Positions 32,058 to 41,756 of a DNA stretch of 64,000 nt are shown here, piece after piece. This stretch comes from an uncultured delta proteobacterium. Its GTDB lineage: Bacteria > Desulfobacterota > Syntrophobacteria > BM002. The notes beneath the pieces are model-generated. The model saw nothing but the letters and a program-made list of their open reading frames with translations. It ran no database searches and had not been told where the DNA came from. Numbering within the stretch: position 1 is the first letter of the stretch; every line of letters starts with the position of its first letter. The stretch lies in NCBI GenBank assembly GCA_963712115.1, contig CAVQGX010000042.1, forward strand, positions 96,001 through 160,000, in the 5' to 3' direction. Made by a program: the position numbers and the translations under genes.

Positions 32058-32225
32058 AGAGTGCTGAAAGTCAGCTAAAATGAACTAAAGCGAGCTCAAG
32101 TGTCTAAAATGTCTAAAGTGCCTAAATTTAGGAATTCAAAAAATGAAGATCTACTAGATGACTGACTAAAATCCTCATCTTAATTCCTCAATTCCTTAAT
32201 TCTGCAATCTAAAATCCTCAATCCT
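32058..32225. repeat. 9-mer (TAAA[A/G]TG[T/C]C) array plus AATTCCTC-type arrays inside the hypD-hypE gap
   Basis: ctaaaatgaactaaag...tgtctaaaatgtctaaagtgcctaaa is the same motif that flanks the four-helix-bundle genes. Confidence 0.8.
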
Positions 32226-33303
32226 GGTGATATTTATAGTATGCGGCACAAGTCCCTTCGCTGGAGACCATGCAGGGGCCATATGGATTTGCCGGATTAC
32301 AGCGCTCCCGAAAGAGTGCACATTCTGGTGGGGTGCACACCCCTCGAAGTACTTCGCCACAGCGGCACCCTGGCATCTCCTGCCCAGGGGGGACCCTGAG
32401 GTCATAATGGCTCTCGGCTGCATGGGCAAGATATTTATCCCTCAGTTTCAGGCCGCTCCCAGGGATGGAACCCAGTCCTCGCCATGTGGCATTAGCCGGC
32501 TCAAAAACTTCCTCTATGATTTGTCTAGCTTTGGGGTTTCCTTCCGGTCTAACGCCACGAGTGTATTGGATTTCTACTTCGCAACGGGCCTCTTCCATCT
32601 GGCTCACCAGCATTTGAATGGACTGTAGGACGTCCACCGGCTCAAAACCACTGATCACGCAGGATTTACCGTACCTATCCACCACGGTTTGGTAGGGGTT
32701 GGTGCCAATGATGGTGGTCACATGCCCCGGACACAGGAAGCCGTCTATGTGCACCTCTTCGGCAGACAAAAGCCCGTCCATTGCTGGAGGCAGCAACTTG
32801 TGCGCCGAGAATACCAGGAAGTTGTCAAGCCCCTCCTTGTGCGCCTGGTGGACCGCAGCTGCAATGGTCGGTATGGTGGTCTCGAACCCGATGCCAAGCA
32901 TGACTACGGGTCGATCCCGATGTTGCCGAGCCAACTCCAGTCCATCGAAACTAGCATACACCATGCGCACATCAGCTCCTCGGGCTTTCTCTCGTTGTAA
33001 CGAGGAGTCCGAGCCAGGTACCCGCATGAGATCTCCAAAGGTGGCCACCATTACATTAGGCTGCCGACAAAGCAAAATTGCTCTATCAATATCCTCGGCC
33101 GCAGTTACACAGACCGGACAGCCAGGGCCGGAAATCAGAGTGATAGTTTCGGGAAGGAGCTCTTTCAGGCCGGAGCGGAAAATAGCCACAGTGTGCGTGC
33201 CGCAAACTTCCATAAACCGCACCCGCCTGCGGGATTTCTGCTTAATGGCCAGCACTATCTTCTCTGCCAGTTCCGGATCTCTGTATTCATCTTGGTATTT
33301 CAT
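32218..33303 (-). CDS. hypD: Hydrogenase maturation protein HypD
   Basis: MEVCGTHT, GPGCPVC, GFETT, PGHV and GPCMVSSEGTC motifs. Confidence 0.98.
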   Translation of the reverse strand: MKYQDEYRDPELAEKIVLAIKQKSRRRVRFMEVCGTHTVAIFRSGLKELLPETITLISGPGCPVCVTAAEDIDRAILLCRQPNVMVATFGDLMRVPGSDSSLQREKARGADVRMVYASFDGLELARQHRDRPVVMLGIGFETTIPTIAAAVHQAHKEGLDNFLVFSAHKLLPPAMDGLLSAEEVHIDGFLCPGHVTTIIGTNPYQTVVDRYGKSCVISGFEPVDVLQSIQMLVSQMEEARCEVEIQYTRGVRPEGNPKARQIIEEVFEPANATWRGLGSIPGSGLKLRDKYLAHAAESHYDLRVPPGQEMPGCRCGEVLRGVCTPPECALFRERCNPANPYGPCMVSSEGTCAAYYKYHQD

Positions 33304-33373
33304 GGTCTATGCTCTCCCCCAGCTCGAAAGGAATTATGCCTTTCCAACGGTAAGACGCAATACCATTGTAGGT

Positions 33374-33532
33374 AAACCCGAATATCTAATATCGAAATAC
33401 TAAACAAATTCAAATTCTCCAAATCCCAATGACCAAAAGTAAAAAAGAGTCTGCTTGTAGAATTCCGTTTTGAACATTGGAAAATTAGGATTTCGAATTT
33501 GTTTCGTGCTTCGGATTTCGAATTTCGGATTT
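33374..33532. repeat. ~160-bp imperfect palindromic element, family copy 3
   Basis: taaacaaattcaaattctccaaatcccaatgacc paired with gttttgaacattggaaaattaggatttcgaatttgtttcgtgcttcggatttcg. Confidence 0.85.
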
Positions 33533-33584
33533 ACAGCATTGGCCAACTGATTATAAGGTGACTAACCGTCTATTACGAGGGTTA

Positions 33585-35855
33585 CTATTCTTCTAGACGC
33601 ATCGCTCCAATCACCGCTTGTCCCAAAGATATACAAGCATCGTTGGCCGGAATAAGCTCGGGCGTATAAACCTCCAAGCCCGACCTCGCCAGCCTCTCCT
33701 CCAGGTTCTCTAGCAGAAAGACATTCTGGAACACCCCCCCAGAACAGACAACCCTGTTGAGCCCATGAAGCTTGCAGAGATTCAGAGACACTTCGGCAAA
33801 CATCTCAACCAGGGTCTGATGAAACTTGCCGCTGATAAATGGTAGCTCCACTCCTGAGACTGCGTCTTCATACACCTGTCTAAAGATTGCCGTTGGACTC
33901 AAGAGTAGTTTTTCCCCCACCTCCCTGAATTCATGCTGGTATCTTTCTGTGGTCGGCTCCATCCACTGCTCTAATTCGATGGCCGCCTGTCCCTCGTAAG
34001 CAATGCGGTCCCTCATCCCTGCAAGGGCAGCTACACCATCAAAAAGCCTTCCGCAACTTGAGGTGAGGGGGCTGTTCAACCCTCTTTGCATCATTTGCAG
34101 TAGGACCTCTATCTGGCCCCGGTCCCACCTTCTAGTCAAGGGGAGTTCTTCCTGGAAAATTTCTTCGCCAAAAGTGGCCCATAAATAAGCCACCGCCATT
34201 CGCCAAGGCTCCTTTATGGCTTTCGCACCGCCGGGCATAGGCACATATTCGAAATGGGCCACTCTTTCATAAAGCTTCTCATCCGCAACCAGAATTTCTC
34301 CTCCCCAGACGGTGCCATCCTCCCCATAACCGGTTCCATCGAGGGCTAGCCCCAGGACTTTGCCTTTCAGCCCATGCTCCGCCATGCAACTAACCACGTG
34401 GGCGTGATGGTGCTGAACTGCCAGGGTGGGGAGTTCGTCCTGGGCCTCGGCCACTTGGGTTGTTAGATAATCCGGGTGGAGATCGTGAATAAGCAGACTA
34501 GGACTCACCTGAAGTATTCTCTGCAGGTGATCTAATGTCTGCTCGAGAAACTCCAGAGTCTCTAAATTTTCAAGGTCACCAATGTGCTGTCCTACAAAAG
34601 CCCTGTTTTCTTTGGTTAGGCAGATGGTTGCTTTCAATTCTCCTCCCAAAGCCAGGACTTCAGGAACAGATTTTCTCAGGAAAATGGGCACCGGCACGTA
34701 CCCTCTCGATCGCCGTATTTGTCTGGGTCGGCCCCTTGCTATTCTCAACACCGAGTCATCGCTGCGCAAAATGATATCTCTGTCGTGCAAAAGAAAATAG
34801 TCTGCAATATTTCCCAACCGCTTTACCGCCTCGAGATTATCAATAGCTATTGGCTCCTCGCTGAGATTGCCGCTGGTCATGACCAGAGCTACAAAGGGAT
34901 GAGAAAGAAGCAGGTGGTGAAGAGGTGTGTATGGTAGCATTACCCCCAGGTAGCGATTTCTTGGAGCCACTTCTGAGGCAATGATATTACCAGCTCGCTT
35001 TGGAACTATAACGATAGGGCGTTTTGCAGAAGTGAGGAGCTGCCGCTCATCTTCTCCTATGAAAGCATAAGTTTCGATCTGCTCCAAGCTGGATGACATT
35101 AGGGCCAGAGGCTTCTCTTCCCTACCCTTTCTCCAGCGGAGCCTTTCTACCGGTTCTTTCTGGGTAGCATCAACAGCCAAGTGAAACCCGCCTAACCCCT
35201 TCACTGCAAGAATAGCACCCTGGCTGAGCAGGTTAGCTGCCTCGGATATGGGCTCTTTTATGGACAGGTCTTTTCCCTCCCTGCCAGCCAGCCACACCTG
35301 AGGACCACAGGACCAACAAGCGTTGGGCTGAGCATGGAAACGTCGGTCCATGGGATCACAATATTCGCGGGAACAGTCATTACACATGGTAAAACCAGCC
35401 ATGGAGGTCTTGGATCTATCGTAAGGTATGTCGTTAATTATGGTATACCGTGGCCCGCAATTGGTGCAGTTGATAAAAGGGTAAAGGTATCGCCTGTCTT
35501 GCCGGTCGAAGAGTTCTCTGAGGCAATCGCTGCAGGTTGCTGTGTCTGGGGATATGAGGGCTGCTCGCTCTTCGCCCTCTTCGCTGGCTTTGATTTCGAA
35601 ATTGTAATAATTAGCGGCAGGCAGTTCCTCAGTGTCTATCTGCGTAATAGTTGCCAGGGGTGGGGCCGTTTTAGGAAGTTCTTGAAGAAAGTGTTGGAGG
35701 GCCTCTTGGCCCCCTTCTATCTCTATTTCAACACCCTTTGGCGTGTTGGCTACATAGCCGTTTAACCGGTGTTGGTGAGCCAACTGATAAACGAAGGGAC
35801 GGAAACCTACACCCTGGACAATTCCTTGGATGTGAACTCTAAGTCTTAGTGCCAT
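33585..35855 (-). CDS. hypF: Carbamoyltransferase HypF
   Basis: GIVQGVGFRP acylphosphatase motif, two CxxC-x18-CxxC zinc fingers, QHHHAH and DGTGYG. Confidence 0.98.
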   Translation of the reverse strand: MALRLRVHIQGIVQGVGFRPFVYQLAHQHRLNGYVANTPKGVEIEIEGGQEALQHFLQELPKTAPPLATITQIDTEELPAANYYNFEIKASEEGEERAALISPDTATCSDCLRELFDRQDRRYLYPFINCTNCGPRYTIINDIPYDRSKTSMAGFTMCNDCSREYCDPMDRRFHAQPNACWSCGPQVWLAGREGKDLSIKEPISEAANLLSQGAILAVKGLGGFHLAVDATQKEPVERLRWRKGREEKPLALMSSSLEQIETYAFIGEDERQLLTSAKRPIVIVPKRAGNIIASEVAPRNRYLGVMLPYTPLHHLLLSHPFVALVMTSGNLSEEPIAIDNLEAVKRLGNIADYFLLHDRDIILRSDDSVLRIARGRPRQIRRSRGYVPVPIFLRKSVPEVLALGGELKATICLTKENRAFVGQHIGDLENLETLEFLEQTLDHLQRILQVSPSLLIHDLHPDYLTTQVAEAQDELPTLAVQHHHAHVVSCMAEHGLKGKVLGLALDGTGYGEDGTVWGGEILVADEKLYERVAHFEYVPMPGGAKAIKEPWRMAVAYLWATFGEEIFQEELPLTRRWDRGQIEVLLQMMQRGLNSPLTSSCGRLFDGVAALAGMRDRIAYEGQAAIELEQWMEPTTERYQHEFREVGEKLLLSPTAIFRQVYEDAVSGVELPFISGKFHQTLVEMFAEVSLNLCKLHGLNRVVCSGGVFQNVFLLENLEERLARSGLEVYTPELIPANDACISLGQAVIGAMRLEE

Positions 35856-36516
35856 CTACTTCAGCTTTGCGGTCTCTAACCTGTCTCCTGAGCCAGTCGA
35901 ACCAGGGATCCAACCCTTCACCTGTGCGGCATGAAACCTCGAAGATCTCTAAATTCGTATTCAGCTGCAGGGCCCGCTCTCTCATTTTCCCCACATCACA
36001 GTCTACATAAGGTAGCAGGTCAATCTTGTTGATGATTAAAACCCGGGATTGCTGAAACATGAGGGGGTATTTGAGGGGTTTATCGTCTCCCTCTGCAACA
36101 CTAAGGATCATGGCCTTCATGTCTTCGCCCAAGTTGAATTCCGCCGGACACACAAGATTCCCCACGTTTTCAACCATCAGTAGATCCAGTAGTTTCAGGT
36201 CCAAAGCGTCTAAACTGGATTTGATCATGTTGCCGTCCAGATGACAAGATCCGCCAGTGTTGAGCTGTACCACCTGGACTCCTTTCTGCCCTATTCGCTC
36301 AGCGTCATATGAAGACTGTATGTCTCCCTCGATTACGCCAATGCGAATCTCCTGGCGGAGTGCATCGATGGTTCTTTCAAGCAAAGAGGTCTTCCCCGCA
36401 CCTGGGCCGCTCATCAAGTTGATGACAAAAAGACCTGCATCTCGAAAAACCCGTCGATTATCCTCGGCCAACCGTTCATTGGCTTCCAAAATATTGCGTA
36501 CTACAGGTACCTTCAT
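35839..36516 (-). CDS. hypB: Hydrogenase nickel-incorporation GTPase HypB
   Basis: GAGKTSLL, CHLD, ENVGNLVCPA and NKID motifs. ATG at 36516 chosen because the upstream extension runs through repeats. Confidence 0.96.
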   Translation of the reverse strand: MKVPVVRNILEANERLAEDNRRVFRDAGLFVINLMSGPGAGKTSLLERTIDALRQEIRIGVIEGDIQSSYDAERIGQKGVQVVQLNTGGSCHLDGNMIKSSLDALDLKLLDLLMVENVGNLVCPAEFNLGEDMKAMILSVAEGDDKPLKYPLMFQQSRVLIINKIDLLPYVDCDVGKMRERALQLNTNLEIFEVSCRTGEGLDPWFDWLRRQVRDRKAEVDGTKT

Positions 36517-36580
36517 TTTCCTTGCTCGCTTGTCTCCAGCAATTCTGCGCAGAGTCCTTGGGCAGTGTCTCCACCACGCT

Positions 36581-36752
36581 TTACTAGGCACTAGGCCCCA
36601 AGAACGAGAAGGCGGAATTCGGAACGCGGAGCGCGGAATGTTTCGACAAAGCAAATCCAAGTAAATCTTTTCTCTAGTTCTGTGATTCCGCGTTCCCCGC
36701 TCCCCGCTTCGAGTTGTAGTGCATAGTGCCTACTGTTTAGTGCTTAGTAGCA
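36581..36752. repeat. Nested inverted heptamer arrays between hypA and hypB
   Basis: Outer tactaggcactagg / tagtgcc...tagtgcttagta arms; inner gcggaattcggaacgcggagcgcggaat / attccgcgttccccgctccccgc arms. Confidence 0.8.
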
Positions 36753-36753
36753 G

Positions 36754-37095
36754 TCACTCTGCCTCGAAACTCTCGACGCTCAACTCCCGTCCACTCAACA
36801 TCTTTATCTTGGGGCTCTTGCATGCAGGACAAGTGAAGATCAACTCCTGTACAGTAAAATTTGAGCCACATTCCTGACAGTGGCAAGTCACCTGCACCCG
36901 CTCAATTTCCAGCCTCGCCCCTTCGGCCAGGGTCCCTTTGGTGAGAAAGTCAAAGCAAAACCGAAGTGACTCCGTCTCTACAGCGCTGAGTTCACCCACT
37001 TTGACTGCCACGGACAGCACCCGGTTGACTTTGTGATTCTGACTCTCTTGGAGAATGATATCCAATACAGACTGAGCTATTGACATTTCGTGCAT
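36754..37095 (-). CDS. hypA: Hydrogenase nickel metallochaperone HypA
   Basis: MHEMSIA start, two CxxC motifs, GREL. Confidence 0.97.
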   Translation of the reverse strand: MHEMSIAQSVLDIILQESQNHKVNRVLSVAVKVGELSAVETESLRFCFDFLTKGTLAEGARLEIERVQVTCHCQECGSNFTVQELIFTCPACKSPKIKMLSGRELSVESFEAE

Positions 37096-37175
37096 AAGTC
37101 ACTGCAGCGAGTCTAGCCAGCTTCTCTGGACGTATCAGATTTACCTTAGCTCTAGTCGGAGCAAGACCTCTCTAG

Positions 37176-37310
37176 GTTTAGGGTGTCGGGTGTCAGGTTT
37201 CAGGTGTCAGGGAGGAGAAACACAAAAACTGAAACCTGAAACCTCAATCATTGATTAGTCCAGAATTATATTTTGTCACTCCAGTACTCCAATACTCCAC
37301 TGCTCCATTA
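37176..37310. repeat. CAGGTGT/AAACCTG heptamer hairpin plus CTCCANTA 8-mer array
   Basis: Near-identical to the reverse complement of 24531-24580, including the loop. Confidence 0.8.
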
Positions 37311-37354
37311 ATCCGGGAGAAGTGCTTCGCTTCTCTGTCTTTGCCTTGCTATCT

Positions 37355-37759
37355 TCACTTCTTCGGTCCTTTGCCACTGCCCACCTTCTCTACGATCTTC
37401 TCATAATACAGCTGTTTTTCCTCCCACTTTACTGAGCCTTTTCGCATTTCATTCAGCTTCATTATTAGGAAGTTCAGCTTTTGTAGATGACGATACTTTT
37501 CACCCTCATCTTTCATCGAACTCAGCAATTCCTCAGCCTTTCGGATTTCTTTTTTTAACTCCAAATCTGGAGGCAGGCAGGCAGCGTTCTTTAGTACTTT
37601 GTAGGCCAGACGAAGATCATCCGGGATATGTCGATCGTCTTCCAAATTGAGTGGCTTTCCGCGACCAGGAAGATTGTCGAATTCACCACGCTGGATGGCA
37701 TCGCGGATTCTTTCTTCAGCTAACCGCTCCAAAGCTGCAAAAACACTAGGTCTCGACAT
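37355..37759 (-). CDS. DUF1992 (DnaJ-associated domain) protein
   Basis: AEERIRDAIQRGEFDNLPGRGKPL motif. Confidence 0.85.
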   Translation of the reverse strand: MSRPSVFAALERLAEERIRDAIQRGEFDNLPGRGKPLNLEDDRHIPDDLRLAYKVLKNAACLPPDLELKKEIRKAEELLSSMKDEGEKYRHLQKLNFLIMKLNEMRKGSVKWEEKQLYYEKIVEKVGSGKGPKK

Positions 37760-37857
37760 TATGAAAACCTACTATTTCTATTTAATATGATCCAAAGTGG
37801 CTAAATTATATATCTTGACGGTGGCTCTGCCTACCCCAAGTCACTATGCCCTTGCCT

Positions 37858-37977
37858 TTTCAAATCCGCAAGCCTCAATCCGAAATCGCCGCGTCCCCGT
37901 CTCGCCCGACTCGCCGTCTCTGCGCCTCCCCGCGTCTTCCCCCTGTGCCTAGTCCCTAGTGCTTAGTGCCTAGTATT
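37858..37977 (+). repeat. Concatenated AATCCGC, 8-mer and TAGTGCC arrays
   Basis: Three motif families abut one another directly next to the HD-GYP stop codon. Confidence 0.75.
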
Positions 37978-37979
37978 CC

Positions 37980-39482
37980 TTAAGTTACGCCTTCATAGAG
38001 CTTTTTGCGCACAAATAAGTCTACCAAGTCACGATCCAGTTTCCCCGCTTCGGCCTCTTCGATCAGGTGTCCTAGAGCCTCCTCCACCGGCATTGCGCCG
38101 CGATAAGGACGGTCGGTGGCGGTGAGGGCATCATAGACATCTGCTATGCCTAGAATGCGTGCTTGGATCATGATGTCTGGAGCCGTCAGGCCAAGGGGGT
38201 AACCAGATCCGTCTAGTTTTTCGTGATGGGCTGCAGCAATCACTGGAATGCGCTCCAGATCTTTTGTAAAAGGAATCTTGTTGATGATATTCAATGTCTG
38301 GAGCACATGGCCCTGGACCTCCTGGAACTCCATGCCGGAGAGGTTACCCGTGGGTAGGCTCAGGTGATGGGCCTCTTCCTCACTAAGATAGGCTCTGACC
38401 TCACCCCGGGCATTGCGGAAGATCTTTCCTTGGAGCTCGCGAACTCGCCGGATTTCCTCAGAGGTAAGGTTCTTGGCCCTGTTGATCCTTCTAATAAACG
38501 CCAGATCCTCGTCAACTTCCCGAAGCCTGCGTTCAAGCTCCAAATGATCAGTTTCTTTGGAACCCTCCAACTCACTTTTCTGACGCTCAAAGTCTCTGGC
38601 CACAGCTAATTTGATTGCCTCGAAACGGGTTGAAATAAGTTCCATGTCCGAAGAAGAGAGCCGGTCTACCCTTTCCAAAAGCTCTTCCCGCACCCCTATC
38701 TTGCCTATATCATGCAGCCAGGCAGCATAGTTGAGCTCTTCGAGCTCTTTATCGCTGAACATCATATTTGCCAAAACCCCCTCGGTCTCTTTATTTACTG
38801 CTCGAGCCAAACGCATTGAGTAAGTAGCCACTCTCCGTGAGTGCCCGGCAGTGTGGGGGCTCCTGGCGTCAATTGCAGAGGCAGAGTACCGCACCAGGGC
38901 AGCAAAAATGTCGTGGACGGCATTGATCAAGCGAGCATTTTCTATGGCAGCGGCTGCCTGGGAAGCGAGTGAAGCCACTAGATCTTCTTGACTGCGATCG
39001 AAGACAACCACATTACCATTTTCGTCCAAGGAGTTAATTAGCTGGAGCACTCCTATTATTTCGCCACCCTGATTACGTATGGGGACCACAAGCATAGAAC
39101 GGGTTCGATAGCGGTTACGCTCATCGAAGGCAGGGTTAAAACGGTATTCCTCGCGACCTGTGAGCTGGTAAACGTCTGGGATATTTAATGTCTTGCCGGT
39201 TATGGCCACGTAACCTGCGATGCTGGTTTTGTCTAATGGCATTGGGTAAGGTCTAAACGACTCATAAACTTCATTTTTGCGCGCTGCCAGGGTGTCGTTT
39301 TGCGCCACCTCGAACCTTAGCTGATTTCGATCCACACTGTATAGGCTCCCCGCATCAGCCCTGGTAAAGTTTCGAACCTCTCGAACTATGAGCTCCAATA
39401 GAGTCGGCAGGTGGGTTTCACTGGTAAGGGCAATACCAATTTGGTTTAGCCTTTTAATCTGATCTTTGAGAATTCTAGTCAC
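37980..39482 (-). CDS. GAF + HD-GYP phosphodiesterase
   Basis: N-terminal GAF; HSRRV, LHDIGK and HHEKLDGSGYP motifs. Confidence 0.92.
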   Translation of the reverse strand: MTRILKDQIKRLNQIGIALTSETHLPTLLELIVREVRNFTRADAGSLYSVDRNQLRFEVAQNDTLAARKNEVYESFRPYPMPLDKTSIAGYVAITGKTLNIPDVYQLTGREEYRFNPAFDERNRYRTRSMLVVPIRNQGGEIIGVLQLINSLDENGNVVVFDRSQEDLVASLASQAAAAIENARLINAVHDIFAALVRYSASAIDARSPHTAGHSRRVATYSMRLARAVNKETEGVLANMMFSDKELEELNYAAWLHDIGKIGVREELLERVDRLSSSDMELISTRFEAIKLAVARDFERQKSELEGSKETDHLELERRLREVDEDLAFIRRINRAKNLTSEEIRRVRELQGKIFRNARGEVRAYLSEEEAHHLSLPTGNLSGMEFQEVQGHVLQTLNIINKIPFTKDLERIPVIAAAHHEKLDGSGYPLGLTAPDIMIQARILGIADVYDALTATDRPYRGAMPVEEALGHLIEEAEAGKLDRDLVDLFVRKKLYEGVT

Positions 39483-39490
39483 AGTGATCC

Positions 39491-41437
39491 TTACTCCGCT
39501 CCTGCTAGCCAGGAAAGTATAATGCGCCCAGTGTCACGCACATCATAGCCGCCAAGCGCCATCACCTGTTCTTTGAATTCCTGGCTGGCAATCACCTCAA
39601 GAAGCTCCTGCACCAGCGGCTTGTCATAATGTTCAGCTGGAATCACCAGATCGTACCTTTCAGTGGTTACAGGGATGAAATCGAGAGCCAAAGCCTGCGC
39701 TGCTGCGTGAATTCCCATACCCACATCGGCAGTGCCACTCAATATATCCACCGCTACCGCCATGTGAGTATATTCGTCCCGTTCGTAACCTCTTATTTTA
39801 GCAGAATCAATGCCAAGCTGTCCTAGTCGCCAATCTAAAAGGATACGGGTCCCAGATCCTGCTTGCCGATTGACAAAGCTTACTCCATCCCGGGTAAGAT
39901 CTTCCAAACCTTTAATGGATTTGGGGTTACCAGGTGCAACTATCAACCCCTGTTCCCGGTGAACAAGATTAATTAAATAAACCTCTACACCGGACAGGTA
40001 ACGATTAATATAGGAAATGTTATATTCGCCGGTATCGGTATCCAGCAGATGGGAGCCGGCCAAATGAGCAGTGGATTTTCTCAGGGCCAGCAGACCACCT
40101 AAACTTCCAACATTGCTGGAAGCCAGGTTAATTTGAGGGTCACATTTCTTTAATAGGTTGGCAATGAGATCTAGGGTCATGTCATGACTGCCCACTACTA
40201 CCAGGGTGCGCTCAATTCCTCTCCTGCTGGTCAGCAGGCTGACTGCATGTGATTCTGACTCGGTCACACCTTCCACCGTGTCCGGAATTCTCAAAAAACC
40301 GGTAGCCTGGGTTAATGAGGTGATTGAACCCGCCCCCCTAGCTAGTGGTGTGGCTATGAGCCGCTCACCTACCCTGCCGATATTAACTCGGAGGAATTCT
40401 TCGACTCCAAGTTTGGAAGGGATCTTTTGAGCTGGGTAGGTTTCAACCATCTCGGGCTCTGGCTCGTCCAATCCCTGCATCCGGTAGAGAAGTGGCCGCA
40501 CGAACTGTTCCATGCTAATAACAGCGGAAACCGGATAACCTGGGTTGCCGACCACGGGTTTCCCTTTTATGTCGCCCAGAACAGTGGGTTTACCCGGCAT
40601 GATTGCCACACCGTGTACCAGCACTTCTCCCAATTCAGCTATCAGGTTGGCGGTGTGATCCTCAGAGCCCGCAGAGGACCCGGCATTGATAATGATCACA
40701 TCGTATTTCCCTCCAACACCATCCAACAACTCCTGGCGCAGAAGGGCAGGATCGTCCGGGATGATTGGGTGTCGATCACATTTTCCACCCCATTGACGGA
40801 CAAGGTTGGCCAGCACCCAGGAGTTGAATTCTACAATCTCACCCGCCGGCACATTCTCCTTGTCCTTTAGGGCTTCGGCCTCCACAAGCTCATTGCCAGT
40901 GGGGATAATCAGCACCTGTGGCCGCTTATAGACCGTTAACTCCAGGACTCCGGCTGCTAAGAGAGCTCCTATGTCGTATGCATTAATCTGGTGGTTCTGC
41001 GGCAAAAGCAGTTCTGTGGCCACGATATCTTCGCCCACCTTGCGGACATTCTGCCACGGATAGGTTGCAGCCTGGATCTCCACGGTCTCCTCATCAATCT
41101 GGTGTATATTTTCCACCATAATGACGGCATCCGCATCGGCAGGCATGGGCTGGCCCGTATTGATCCACTTGGCATCAGTACCTATTCTGAGCTCCATTGG
41201 CCTTTCCGGCCTGGCACCGAAGGTATGCTCCGCTCTAACCGAAATTCCGTCCATGGCAGCAGAATGAAAAGTTGGAGAGGAAAATCGGGCAAAGATGGGA
41301 GCAGCTGTCACCCGACCGGCTGACTCCACCGTGGCTATCGTCTCAGCGGAGAGCATCTCAGCCAAATTCCAGTGGGCCAGGAAGATGTCTCTCGCCTCTT
41401 TCAGGCTCTTCATTTTCAGATATATCCGACGGGACAT
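39491..41437 (-). CDS. MoeA fused to a periplasmic-binding-like (PBP) domain
   Basis: SAAMDG, PTGNEL and PGKP motifs, then GSHD...GSLGGL...NRQAGSGTR of the PBP domain. Confidence 0.92.
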   Translation of the reverse strand: MSRRIYLKMKSLKEARDIFLAHWNLAEMLSAETIATVESAGRVTAAPIFARFSSPTFHSAAMDGISVRAEHTFGARPERPMELRIGTDAKWINTGQPMPADADAVIMVENIHQIDEETVEIQAATYPWQNVRKVGEDIVATELLLPQNHQINAYDIGALLAAGVLELTVYKRPQVLIIPTGNELVEAEALKDKENVPAGEIVEFNSWVLANLVRQWGGKCDRHPIIPDDPALLRQELLDGVGGKYDVIIINAGSSAGSEDHTANLIAELGEVLVHGVAIMPGKPTVLGDIKGKPVVGNPGYPVSAVISMEQFVRPLLYRMQGLDEPEPEMVETYPAQKIPSKLGVEEFLRVNIGRVGERLIATPLARGAGSITSLTQATGFLRIPDTVEGVTESESHAVSLLTSRRGIERTLVVVGSHDMTLDLIANLLKKCDPQINLASSNVGSLGGLLALRKSTAHLAGSHLLDTDTGEYNISYINRYLSGVEVYLINLVHREQGLIVAPGNPKSIKGLEDLTRDGVSFVNRQAGSGTRILLDWRLGQLGIDSAKIRGYERDEYTHMAVAVDILSGTADVGMGIHAAAQALALDFIPVTTERYDLVIPAEHYDKPLVQELLEVIASQEFKEQVMALGGYDVRDTGRIILSWLAGAE

Positions 41438-41756
41438 AAGAAATGCCTAAAGTGCCTAAAGTGCCTAAAGTTAAGGTAATAGGTTATCGGTCGTATTAAA
41501 TCGTTCAAAGTCGTTGAAATCGTTGAAATCGTCGAAATCGCGAATACTCTGAAATCCGAAATTCCAGATCACAAGCCTAGCAAATCTCAGGGCTGTCAGG
41601 TTTTCCTCCGGAGGCGATCAGATGTCAGATGAAGATGACAGCAAAATCTGATCCTGAACACTGAAATCTGGATTCTGGCTCTGCTTCTGGCTTCATGACT
41701 CCATGTTCTCCATATGCCTCTATGCTCTATGCCTTCTCAAATCCGCAATCTCAAAT
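41438..41756 (-). repeat. Composite ordered repeat block between the two moeA genes
   Basis: Read on the minus strand: ATTTGAG/GATTGCG, then GCATAGA, CCAGAAT, AACGATTTC x4, TTTAGGCAC x3. Confidence 0.85.

Noticed and set aside
36517-36660. 48-aa N-terminal extension of HypB
   Set aside because: It runs through the nested repeat; ATG 36516 gives a normal HypB N-terminus.
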